NCBI RefSeq assembly: GCF_036321535.1 | Contig: NC_087436.1 | Location: forward strand, 123,010,001-123,074,000 | From: Camelus dromedarius | Lineage: Eukaryota | Reading direction: 5' to 3' | DNA: 64,000 bases | Shown: in pieces, positions 13,601 to 25,600 of the stretch | Numbering within the stretch: position 1 is the first letter of the stretch | Layout: each line of letters begins with the position of its first letter | Translations under genes and position numbers: made by a program | The notes under the pieces: model-generated | Databases searched by the model: none | What the model was told of the DNA's origin: nothing | What the model saw: the letters and a program-made list of their open reading frames with translations, nothing else

Positions 13601-16600
13601 GGTGGCATCCCAGGCCTCGCCTCGTGGCTGGCAGCAGGGTCAGAGGAAACATTTATCCATCTGTGGTGGCTGGCTCCCTGGAGTGCTGGCTGCGGAGACG
13701 GCAGCCATTGTGCAGCCTGAGGCGCGAGTTCTGGGGGTGGAAGCCAGCAGAGCCCGGGCGGGGCGTGGATGGGCGGAGGTGACCACTCAGCCTCACCTGT
13801 CACCTGCCAGTGCTTCCCACAGCAGGTGACCTCGCATGACGGCTCCATGCCTGGCTGCCTGGCGTGTGAGTGCCACCCACCCTCGGGGACGGGCGAGGGG
13901 TGCCGTGGGGTCTTGGGGTGGACCTGACTGAATGGCAGCCCCCGGTGACAACAAACGGGCTGTGAGGGAGTCTGGCCCGCCGCCTGAGGGTAGAGAAATG
14001 AGAGTCAGCGCAAGGCCGAGGCGCTTTCCCGCCGTGTCTGCAGTGGGCCCAGCGGGGCGGAGCGTGGATGCCAGGGCCGCTGCAGCCCTAGCCGGGCCTC
14101 GGGGCTGCGTCCGTGCGGTGCTGGAGGCCCAGAACCGTGGTGACCACCCCGTGTGCACGTCCACGGATGTTCTGCATGTCCGTGTGTTCTGAAAAGCAGT
14201 TCTGGTGAGTAACTGCTTGGGACGGCTGCTCACGCCTGCTGTAGCTGGTTTCATACTCCACGCGACTCACGTGAGCATCTCAGTGAGCCCACTTGCGCCT
14301 CGGGCTGGCGGCAGGACCAGGCCACACAGTGACGGGGCACCACCCGCACCCAAGGGCAGGTCCTTGTTGGGAACGGGGTTCCTGAGGGAAGAGGAGAGGA
14401 CGTGGCTGTGTCCCAGACTACCCCCGGGCCTGCAGTTCGCCCGGGGATACCCGACCTGGCGCACAGCCATCCGCAGGGCCACAAGTCCTTTCAGAGAGAG
14501 GGCACGCTCAGCTCAGGAAGAGGCATGGCGTCATGGACAGACGGACGGACGTGCTGAATTCCCAGCTGAGCTGTGATGACAGGTGTGATGCACCGTGGCC
14601 CGGGGCAGCCTCTGCAGACCCAGCCCCCAGGGCCCGTCAGGGCTGCCACGGACGTGCCCACCTGGTGCTTGCTTGCAGAAGGACACGCTTGCCACACGTG
14701 TGACCACACTGGACACTGTGTCACATGACTGGGCCAAGGGGAGCCCTCCCGAAGCCTTGCAGACAGGCCTGAGGGCCAGAGGTCAGGCTCTGTGTGACTG
14801 CCTTCTGCCCAGGACGTGTACCAGCAATCAGAGAAGTCCTGTGAGCCCCTGGGTTTGTGAAGCTGGTCTAGAAATAATGGTGTGAGTTTGTTCCTTTTTG
14901 GCTCTCTCCACTGAGAAGGCCTAGGGCCGGCCACAGCCCTGGCACCTGGGCTCTGGCTGTCCCTGCCCTTTCCCTCGATGCTCAGGCCGGGGGGTGTAGA
15001 CTGGACACCCGGTCCTCCCTGAAAGCACTTCATAGGGCAGGACCCAGACCAGATGTGGGGTTCTCTGGCCTCAAGAAGATACTGGCAGGTGGAAACGGAA
15101 TGTTCGGGATATGGGGACGCAGCTCCAGGTGTTTAGTTTACCAAACTGCAAGCAAGAGCAAAGGAACAACAAGGAAGTTCTCCTCCCCACTGGGGCTCAG
15201 GCGTGCCCTGCAGCCATGCCCACCGATGGTGTCCTCTATGTGGAGTCCCAGGGCGGCTTCAGGCCTGTCACTGGTCACAGGGACCCTCCAGGACCATGCC
15301 AGCCTCTCGGCTGCAGGTGTGTGGACCAAGGGTCCTGAGGTCTGCCTGGAGGAGGCTCTCCCCACACACACAGCCCAGCCTGTGTAGCCTCTGCGTGGCT
15401 GTGGCTCCCTTGGGGCCTGGCCCTGAGCCCCCATCTGTGGTGTCTGGTCATTTCTCCTCCACCAGGCACCTCCAGTTCCCAACTTGGCCCGTGTCTGAAC
15501 GCTCGGTGTTGCCCCACCCCCACCCCCACGAGCTGTGCAGGTGCTCCAGCTGCCTCCTCAGGGGGCCTAGCGCTCGGCCCCCCAGCACCAAGCCCACCTC
15601 GCAGGCCCTGCGGGCCGCCTGCTCTCGCCCTTCGCTCTTGTCCACGCTGGGCTTTTCTTTTCCTTGCTGGCTCCTGTGTTAGGTTGCGCAGACCAGCTCT
15701 TCTGCAGAGGGTGAGCGTGCCAGCCGCATGCTCCTCGTCTGCTGCTTGTCTTCCGCTTGCTTGTTCTGTCCTGGGCTTCGGTCAAGCACAGGCTGGCTTT
15801 GCGCTCTCTAGCTTGGGAAGGCCTCTCGTGCCCCGAGCTGTGAACGTGTCAGTCGTGATTCGAAGTCTGTTTCACGTGTCTGACTGCATTGTAAACGCTT
15901 GTTTTGGGAGCTTTGCTGTTGCACGTGCGGGTCTTGGATCTGCCTGGACCTCACTTTGGGGACTTTTCTCCCCTCTTGCTTCCTCTCCCCCGATAAGAGG
16001 GCGCTGCCCGGCCTCGTCCTGTGAGCCCCCCAGCCCCACGGCTCTCTGGTCTGGGAGGCAAGCCTGCCTCCTTCCCTCCTTCCTTCCTGAGCACACCAGG
16101 TGCTCTGGCTCCTCTGTGTCTTCAGACGAGCTCTGCAGCGAAGCTTTCGAGCTGCCTATGCGGCCATTGAGAGTGTTGCATCGTGTCTGTTTATGGTCAG
16201 TTTGGGGACAGTTGGTCTCTGGTGCTAACTCCGTTCCTGCCCTCTGTGATGCCCGCTGGCCGCACTTGGAGGACGGAGGAAGGGCAGCGTGTGTGGCAGC
16301 CAGCCTGCGTGGGTGCCCTGGCCCTGGCCCGACCCCCCTGCTCAGGCCAGTCGTGCAGGAGGGCGCCCCATGCTGCCCCTCCCGGCAGACTGATGAAAAC
16401 GGTGAGGGTAGACCAAGTGCAGAGGTGCAGCCACGTTCACATTTGAAGGTGGTATCGGGTGGGAGGGTGACAGCTGTGGGGTAGAGGGCCTGCGTGGTGT
16501 GCACGGGGTCCTGGGTCCAGTCCCAGCGCCTCCGTTAAGGTGCAGGGGAATCTAAAAAAAATGGAAAAAAGAAAGGTGGTGTCACTCCTCAGTTAATCTA

Positions 16601-19600
16601 TATTCATTGCAATAAAAATTGAAGTCTTGACGTTGTTTCCACAGATTCTGATCTTAAATTTATGTATGAATTACCCCAAGCTGCTAGCAGTGTTTTTAAA
16701 AATAAGAATGGGAACAAATCCTATTCTCTGTCAGTTTTTTTCAAACATCCGTTGTGGTGTTACAAGTGCAGTGGTCAGACTCACAGGTGGCACATACTCA
16801 GGTCGGGCTGCTGCGAGCAGGGCCTGTAAGTCTGAAAGGAGTGACAGGCTGATGAGTGGACGGTGCTGCAGCCATGGACACCGTGGAAAATAAAAACTCG
16901 GGTCTTATAAAGTAACAGCCAAATACAGTGATTCTGACTTGTGAACGGATCTAATTGTGAATTGAGGTTTCTTAGGAAAACCTGATAAAATACAAGGGAC
17001 GTCTTGATAACACCAGAATAAGAAAGATTTAATACATGTGACAAAAAATATGTAAGGCAAGGAGGAAACGGTTAATAAACTTAACGGACACAAAATAAAA
17101 TTTTTCTGTTCTTTGGGAAAACACATTTCTTTAAAATAGCAAGGAGATGTGGCAGTGGTTGGGAGTAAACATGTTCCAACCGCACGGCTCACAATGGAGT
17201 AGCGCCATAAGACACAGCGGCTTGTGGACGCTCAGACGCGTGGCAGACGCGCCCAGGCGGTTACTGAGGGCAAGCTGCGAGTAAGCTGCAAGCGCCCGGC
17301 CCCGCGTGGCCTTGTGGACGCGCTGCTGGAGCGAGGTCGTGATCCCCTGAAGGCCTCCTGTTTTAATTGGCTTGTTTAGACCATTGGTGTTTAAAGTGTC
17401 GCGCGTTGGACAGGCTGCTCGCCCTGCCTGCTCACGTCCCGTCTGCGTGTCACGGCCTGATTCAGCCTTGTCACCGTCACTGTGCTGGTCATGGCGTCTG
17501 TGACCAGGGATCTCTGGTGTCACGGCAGCGACCTGCTGAAGGCTCGGTGGAGGCGGGCGGTTTTCAGCAATAAACTGTTCTGATCAAAGGGTGGCCCCCG
17601 CAGGCTGTAACAGATCAGCGTCGTGTGAACAAAACTTCCAGCCGCACCGGGAAACCAGAAACTCCGCATCCGCTTTGCTGGTCCACGGAACCGCGGCGTC
17701 CCCGTCCCCGGGGCGCCTGTGGTGGGAGTCACAGCCGCCGCACGTGTGCCCGAGCTCAGGCCGCCGCCCTCGTCCTTCGGTGCTGCTCTGCCTCCCACCC
17801 CGTTCTGTCCTTTGTGGTTGTCGCTGAGCGTTTTACAAGGTCCCATCTCCTCTCCTCTCTCGGCGCGGCGGTCATACTGCTTTTCTCTGCTGTCTGTAGT
17901 GGTTGCCCTGGAGTTTGCAGTGCCCGTCACTGCTGACCGAGTCCACTGCAGGTGGCATCTGAGCGCTTCCCAGGCAGTGGGTGTGCTGTGTGCTTCCACA
18001 GGCGTAAACCCCGACTCCTCCCTCCTGGGCCTCGTGTCGCTGGTCACTTTGCTCGTCCCCCCGGCACGTCTAAGCACGTGTGTACGCACGTCTAAGCACG
18101 TGTGTACACATGTGCAGTGTGTATCTAAGCACTCATGTCGGGTGCAGCGTCACCATTATCAGTTTGAACAAAAAGTTACTTATTAAATTAAAAACAAGAA
18201 AGGGAAACAACAAGGACCTGCCGTATGGCACAGGGAACTACATTCAATTTCCGGTCACAGCATGTAATGGAAGAGACCCTGAAAAGAAAGTGTGTGTGTG
18301 TGTAACCGAATCACTGTAAACCAACTACACTTCAATTAAAACAAACAAACAAAAGAGCACCTGGGAAAAACAGGACGAGAAAAGGAAACGTTTTTATTTG
18401 ATCTTCATTGATCCCTCCTTCGATGCTCTTCTGTTCCCTACGGAGATCTGAGTTTCTGCCCCTCATCCTTCTTTCTGAGGGGCTTCTTCAACAACATCTC
18501 CAGAAGGCGGGTCTTCTGGCCACAGGTTGCCTGAGTTTTTGTTAGAAAGTCTTTATTTATCTTCTGTTGGAGGGTAGCTCCTCAGGCAGAGAATCCTGGG
18601 CTGCTGGCTTTTTCTCCCGACCCTGTGAACAGTTCACTTCCCTCTCGCTTGGTTTCCAGGAGAAGTCGGATGTGTAACTCTTCTCTTGGTTGCTCTGCAG
18701 GTAAAGCGCCCCCGCCCCCGGCTTCTCTCAGGATTTCTTCTTTCCTTGATTTTCTGTAATTTGAAACTGTCACGGCTGGTGTAGTTTCCCTGCACGTATC
18801 CTGCCTGGTGTTCTCTGAGCTTCCCGGATCTGTGCTTTGGTGTCTGATGCTACTTTGGGGAAAGTGTCGGTCATACTGTTTCAGGGCTCCTTCAGGCCCT
18901 TCCTCTCTCTCTTCTGGAGTTCCCGCCACGTGCCTGTGACACCTTCTGAGGTCGCCCCGCGGCCCCTTTGCTCTTCAGTTTTCGGGGTCTGTACCGAGAG
19001 GCCCTCTAGCTCAGAGTCTCCCCTGGGCTGTGTCCAGTCCACTCAGCCTGTCAAACAGAGCCTTCGTTTCTGTGTTTTCACCGCCGGCGCTCCTCCTTGG
19101 TTCTCTCAGAGGGTGTCCACCTCTGCTCACGCTCCCCGCATGTCCTGGGTGCCGTCCACTCTGTCCACTGGGGCCTCAGCACGTTAATCGTAGTGGTTTT
19201 AAACGCCATCTGATAACCCGGCATCCCTGCCGTGCCTGCTTCTGACGTATGTTCTTTCTCTTCACGTGTTTTTTCACCGTTCGGTCTGCCTTATAATTTT
19301 TCTTCTGAGCCAGACATGAGGTATTGGGTCAAAAAACAGCATTTCCGTTTTCGTTGCTCTCTCCCCCAAACCAGCTCCTAGTGTCACAGCTGTTTAGAGC
19401 AGGAAAGCAGTGAGAGCTCAGCGCCTTCTCTGTGGGGTCCGTGCCTCTCCACCACCTGCAGTTTATAATTGCTCGTCTGCTTCTTAGATAGATGTCAGCT
19501 CTGTGTCTGCATGTGTGTGGTCACACAGGCGCATGCATGCGCACTGACACGTATGCACACGCACACAGCTTTCCCTGTGAGCTGCCACCAGAATGGTGAG

Positions 19601-22600
19601 GTCCCCCGCGGCCTCTCCAGGACTTGCTTCAGTCTAAGCTCTTGTGAATTAACTGTGGAGATTTTCTGCAGTAACCACGTGCTCTTTTTCATTCCAGTTA
19701 CGCAAAGGGAGATTTGGACATATCTTACATTACATCCAGAATTGCAGGTATGTTTGCCAACTTTAACCATAAGGACACACTTTGATTCTTCCCTGTCCTG
19801 GGGCAGCTTCTGGTGTCTGACCTCCAGCCCATCCTGTGCTGCCATGTCAGGCAGGGCGGGCAGGGTGCGGCCAGTGGAGAGGGAGAGCGCCTCTCGGGCG
19901 GGCATTCACTTGCCCGAAATGTGGCCTGGGGTGTCCGCCCCATGGCCAGTGTGCCTCCAGGCCCTGTAGTGGACAGTGCCAGGGTCAACCCAGCTTCTTC
20001 CCCGGTCTGGAACTTCTTGAAACTCTGCGATCATGAGGAAAGAGATACAAGGCCACACGTGTTAAAACGTGGGTCTCTGGGCAGAAAACAAAATCCAAAC
20101 ACTTGGAGACCCTCTGGTGTAGCAGGCTCTGCGGCAGAACCTGCGTCTTGCGGCCAGGGCTGGGACCTCTGCTCCGCCCCTTCTCGGGACTCGCTGCCCA
20201 GTCAGTCAGCGCTGCGCCGCTGAGTCAGCGGCCGTGTTGCCAGTGAGGCTGTGGGGCGGCCACGGTGGCTGACGGGGCTCCTCTCTTTCAGTGATGTCGT
20301 TCCCGGCAGAGGGCGTAGAGTCAGCCATCAAGAATAACATAGAAGACGTGCGGGTGTTCCTGGACTCGAAGCATCCGGGCCGCTACGCGGTGTACAACCT
20401 GTCCCCGCGCACCTACCGGCCCTCCAGGTTTCACAGCCGGGTGAGCGGCCGGGCCTCTGCTGCCCTCTGAGTGTGGTGTTCTTACAACGGGCCTCAGCCT
20501 GGTGTGGCACTCGGTCCACCTTTGCTACTTTCTGGGGGGGCCGGGGGCTGCAGTGGGAGGGCAGCTCCTGGGTGTGAGGATACAGGGGTCCGAGGACAGC
20601 GGATGGCGGGGAGTCAAGGAGGACTCCAGAGTGTGAATGGAGAGGAGACTGGTGGTCTGCTTTAACCAGCTAAGGCCGGCTGAGCTGGCGGTGTCTCTGT
20701 GTCTCACCGTCCAGTGGGAACACCATCCAGCGGGAACAGGGGCCACACTGTGTTCTCAGCACTGAAGACTCGGATGTGGGCACTTCTCACCGTATTTAAA
20801 CTTACCCCGAGCGGGAAGGGCTGGCTCTGAACCCCCGGCGCCATGTCGCACAAATAGCTCAGTGCTGACCGGAACCTGCGGGCACCCGTGGGCCAGGGTG
20901 GGGTGGAGGGAGGCCCTCGGGGCCGGCACCCCTGGCCGACGAGCCCGGTCCTCTCCCCGCAGGTCTCCGAGTGCGGCTGGGCCGCCCGGCGGGCCCCAAA
21001 CCTCCACAGCCTGTACAGTGTGTGCAGAAATATGCATGCGTGGCTGCGGCAGGACCCCAGGAACGTCTGCGTGGTGCACTGCATGGTGAGCAGGCTGCCT
21101 GAGCCATCCCTGCGCAGGGGCCGGGGTGGGGCGCCAGGTGTCCTGAGTGGTGATGCCAGTGCCAGGAGGAGCTGCCGCCTGGGTGGGGTGCACACGCCAG
21201 CCCAGACACTGCTGTGGCAGTGGCCCCCAAGTTTCCTCACGGAGCTGCAGCATCTCAGGCTCTGCGGAGCTCTAGGAGCCAGGGCCTGCGAGGAGCAGCC
21301 CTGCCCTGGGGTCCAGCCAGCGGCCCAGGCCCAGTGCCCAGTGTGGCTCCTGTCATCTTGAGGAAGCTGACCCCAGGGGAGCAGCAGCTGGCCCAGTAGA
21401 CACCACTGGGTCCCTCATGTCAGGGCCTTCTTGGAGAAGACTGCCCCCTTGTGGAAGGTTCGAGTCCCCTCCTGACAGCGCCGTGTGCTGAGGCCCCCCT
21501 GCCCTGTGTGACCCTGTCTGTACCCCCCACTTTGGGGCTGAGGGTCTGTGGGCGTCACACCCAGTGGGGCATCCGCCAGCTCGTGCCCTTGGGGGTCAGT
21601 CCTGGTGTTGACAAGTCACACCCGGAGTGAGGACCAGGGAATTCAGTGAGGGGGGGGCCCGGGAGTTGACCCGTGTGTCTGTGGCCGTCCCGTCGTCTCC
21701 TTCCTGTTGAGGAGGCTTTATTCTCTGCTCCCCAAATTGTGGCCTCACCAGGTGGGTTTTCCTAAGTTCCCAGAGGAGCTCCAGCCCCAGGTGGGAGCCC
21801 TGAGTGTGGCGGGAGCGATAGCCACGTGAGCCTACCCTGTCCTTTGTCCTAGGATGGGAGAGCTGCCTCTGCTGTGGCTGTCTGCTCCTTCCTGTGCTTC
21901 TGCCGGCTCTTCAGCACCGCCGAGGCTGCCGTGTACATGTTCAGCATGAAGCGCTGCCCCCCGGGCATCTGGCCATCCCACAAGAGGTATGGTGTCCGCT
22001 CTGCGGCCCTGGGGAGGTGTCACTCAGCCACCCTAGGAGGCGGCAGGAATTTGAGGAGAGTGTCTACCTACCGTGTGGGGTCGAGGTGGAGCCGGGCCAG
22101 CGAGCGCAGTCGGGGTGCACACTTGCTCGCGAGGCCATGCGGCAGCCCCTCGTTCCCCTCTCTGTTGCCTGTGACTTGGCGGCTTCTCGGGGCGGTGAGG
22201 TCCAGGAGATGGTTTCCTATGGCTGCAGCTGGCTGCTGCCTCTCCCCCTACCTCCCCAGGAGCCTCTGCCTGCCCCGAGACTGGCCCCCACCCCGCCCAC
22301 CCTGCAGGAGGGTGGGGCCGGGGCTCAGGCCTGTGGAGGCACCTCGGGCACACATGCTCCTACAGGCACTGGGGGGGGGGGGGGCGTTTCCTTCCTCTGC
22401 AAGAAGGGCCTTGGTGTGGACACACAGACCCCGAGAGTCAGGAGAGCACAGCCACTGGGGCCCTGCCGCCTCCCCGGCCCCAGGCCTGCGGGAGGAACCG
22501 GAAGGCCTCCAGGCCCAGAGGAACAGAGGGTCGTTCAGGCCGTTCCTGCCACTTGGGGTGGCCGCCTTGCCCGTTGATGCACTCCTGCCCGTGGGGCCCA

Positions 22601-25600
22601 CTCCGCTGGCTCACTGCTGGTGTCCGCCGCCCTGAGACACAGGCCACATGGTTGTTTCTTCCGTGTGGCTTGTGAGGGAGAGGCTGCAGATCCCTCTCTA
22701 CACACCCAGGGCCCCACTGTGTCAGCCGCCGCTGGGGCGGGGTGGAGTGTGCCTGGCTCTGGGACCCCCGCCACAGACCCCGCGGGCACGTCCTTGGGGA
22801 CGTGGTAATGTAGATGTCATTCCCTCCCCAGTGACTTCAAAAGTAGTGGCACCAGTGTCAGATTCAAATCACTTCCAGTCCTGTAGGAGAACAGTCACAG
22901 AGCAATTGGCCCCAAATCCGAGGCACGACGGAGGCTCGGGGTCTGTGCCCTCTGGTGCTCGGGGTACGGGTCGGAGAGGAAGCCTGGCTGCTTGGAAGGG
23001 CGCGGGTCTGTCTCCCGCTGAACAGACGGAGCAGTCTTCCCATGAGGCTCAGAGCTCTGGCAGGAAACATGGAATCACTGGTCCGTGCGTTACGATGCAG
23101 ATGAGGAGGGTGGGCGAGAGGCAGTCGCAGTAGAGGGGAGGGAAGCAGATGAGAGGCTGGGGTGAGGAGAGGGCTGCAACCCTGGGGTAGGTTAGTTGCT
23201 GCCACTCACACCAGGACAAACACCCATCAGACAGTCTCAGCCGGTCTGGCACATGTCCTTGGAGCCTCAGGAGGAGCCCAGACAGAAGAAGCACCAAGGA
23301 AACAGTCGCTGAGAATTTCCCCCAATTAAGACAGGCTTGAACCTCAGAAGGTCAGAGGTCACTCAGCGGGATTAAAACAAAGTAAACCCAGAAAACCTGC
23401 TTAGGCCACCATGTTCAAACCACAAAGAATCTCAAAGGTGGTCGGGGAGAGGATGCGGATCCTAGTACATCACAGCAGGGTTCTGGTGAGAAACCCAGGG
23501 CCGCAGTAAGGTCTCCATGCCATGATTAGCACATCAGCAGAGGGCGGAGGAGGGCGCACAGGATGCTCAGGTGGCTCGGAGGTCAGGAAGGAAGAGCCAC
23601 GTTGTCACCCTCACACCAGTCTCCCTGCCCAGTGTGGGCTCAGCGCCGCCCCAGGACGGGTCGTCGGAGGGGTGGAGACAGGACCAGCCACCCGCGGGAC
23701 TGCATGGCAGGGATGGGAGGTTGTGTGCAGACCCAGTGACTCACCCCACGGGTCAGGGGTCAGGGGTCAGGCTCGGCATCGCCCAGGCTGCTGTCAGGGT
23801 GTGGCTGGGCCACCTTCTTGTCTGAACTGGGGCTCAGAAAGCTGCTCCTCCTTTGTTGTGGAACTTGCTCCCAGGCTCACTCAGTCTGCTGGTGGATCTG
23901 GTTTGCTGTGGGTGTAGGTCCTGGCTTCTTGCTGACCATCGGCAGGGGACTGCAGGTTTCCTGCCGCATGGCCGTTGGGAGAGCACACAGGTGGCCGTTG
24001 ACAGCCAGTCAGGCTCTACCCGTCCCAAGGAGACGGGGTCTAGGAGGGGAGGAGCCCCGGAGGCAGGAGATAGGCACCCTGCGGGGGCACGAAGAGGTGC
24101 CATGGAAACCCCTGGGAGAACGGGGGTGGTGGCACAGCCCAGAGCCAACGGGGTGAGGGGGAACAATGGTGATGACAGCCCCGGCGGCCCACTTCTCTGG
24201 TCAGCGGTGCAGGTCTGCAGATGCGCTCAGCCGCAGAGCAGTCCGCCCGCAGCTCTTCCCAGTGCACACGGGACTCCCCGAAGGGTCCTGTTACGGCCAT
24301 TGAACTGCAGCAGAGGTGGAAGAATAGAAATCGGACAAAATATGTTCTTAGGTTTGGATAGAGTTAACCTGAAAAGCGGTGAGAGAAAGGTGGCTGGAAA
24401 ACCTCTAAAGGTTTCAGAGGAAAACAGTTTACTCAGTAGCCCAGGAGTCAGAGAGGAAGTCTCAAAGGAGACGTAGGGATACTCTAAGAATATGTTACAA
24501 AGGTATTTTGAACCAAATGAAGTTACAATGTCAAATTCGTGAGTTGAAACTGGAACATTGCTTCCAGGAAAGTTTGCAGCACTAAATACTTAAATGTGTT
24601 TGCAGAAAGACTGGATGTGCTCAGTGAGGCTCCAGAGACACGGAGCACACGTGTGACGTGGTGGGCGGGCCGGGCACAGAGTCTGTGTGTGGCGCTCACG
24701 CCTCCCGTTCGCAGGTACATCGAGTACATGTGTGACATGGTGGCGGAGGAGCCCATCACGCCCCACAGCAAGCCCCTCCTGGTGAAGGCCGTGGTCATGA
24801 CGCCCGTGCCACTGTTCAGCAAGCAGAGGAGCGGCTGCAGGCCCTTCTGCGAGGTCTATGTAGGGGATGAGCGCGTGGCCACCACATCCCAGGAGTACGA
24901 CCGCATGAGGTGGGCCCGGGCCCAGGCCTTCCTCCCCACGACCCCGTTCCTCCAGGCGGCTGCATGGGTTTGCAGGGCTGTCCTCCGGGTCATCATGCTG
25001 AGTGGCTCCTTGGAAGTCATTTCCTGCCCACCCCTGACATAATCAGGCGGTAAAGCCTGCCAGGCAGGAAGAAACTGATGCTCTGGGGTCTCGGGGGTCC
25101 TGCCACGCATGTCGCTTTTGGACAGAAGGTTGAGCTTCTTACCTGAGCAAACCGCCACTCTGGGCTCTGTTCTCCAGGGATTTTAAAATCGAGGACGGCA
25201 AAGCGGTCATTCCCCTGGGCACGACAGTCCAAGGGGACGTGCTCATTGTCCTCTACCACGCGAGGTCCACCCTGGGAGGACGACTGCAGGCCAAGGTGAG
25301 CGGACGCTCCACTTTGGCCACTGCCCCTTTGAGTCCCCGCCTCCTGCCGCCCAAGGCACAGGGGATTCAGCACGAAACTGCTGTCGGTGTCGGGCTGCCG
25401 GACCGTGGCCCTGGGGCTGCCCCTCCTCAGACCCAAGAAGCTGCTTGTGTCCAGGGCCTTCAGGGCTGGTGAACAGTGAGGGGCCAGGTCTCCTCCCCCA
25501 GCTCGGGCTCCTGTTGCTTTCTCTCCGCAGGTGGCGTCCATGAAGATGTTCCAGATCCAGTTCCACACGGGGTTCGTGCCCCGGAACGCCACTACTGTGA

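Noticed and set aside
18064..18107. 22-bp direct repeat, two copies (gcacgtctaagcacgtgtgtac)
   Set aside because: Simple tandem duplication inside an L1 remnant; no spacers, not CRISPR-like.
21077..21870. Degenerate phosphatase loop HCMDGRAA lacking the CX5R arginine
   Set aside because: Known pseudophosphatase feature of GAK/auxilin, not a lesion.
21910..21930. Isolated RE1 half-sites (TTCAGCACC in exon 15; others near 5702, 6342, 34469, 49971)
   Set aside because: No partner half-site at a plausible spacing.
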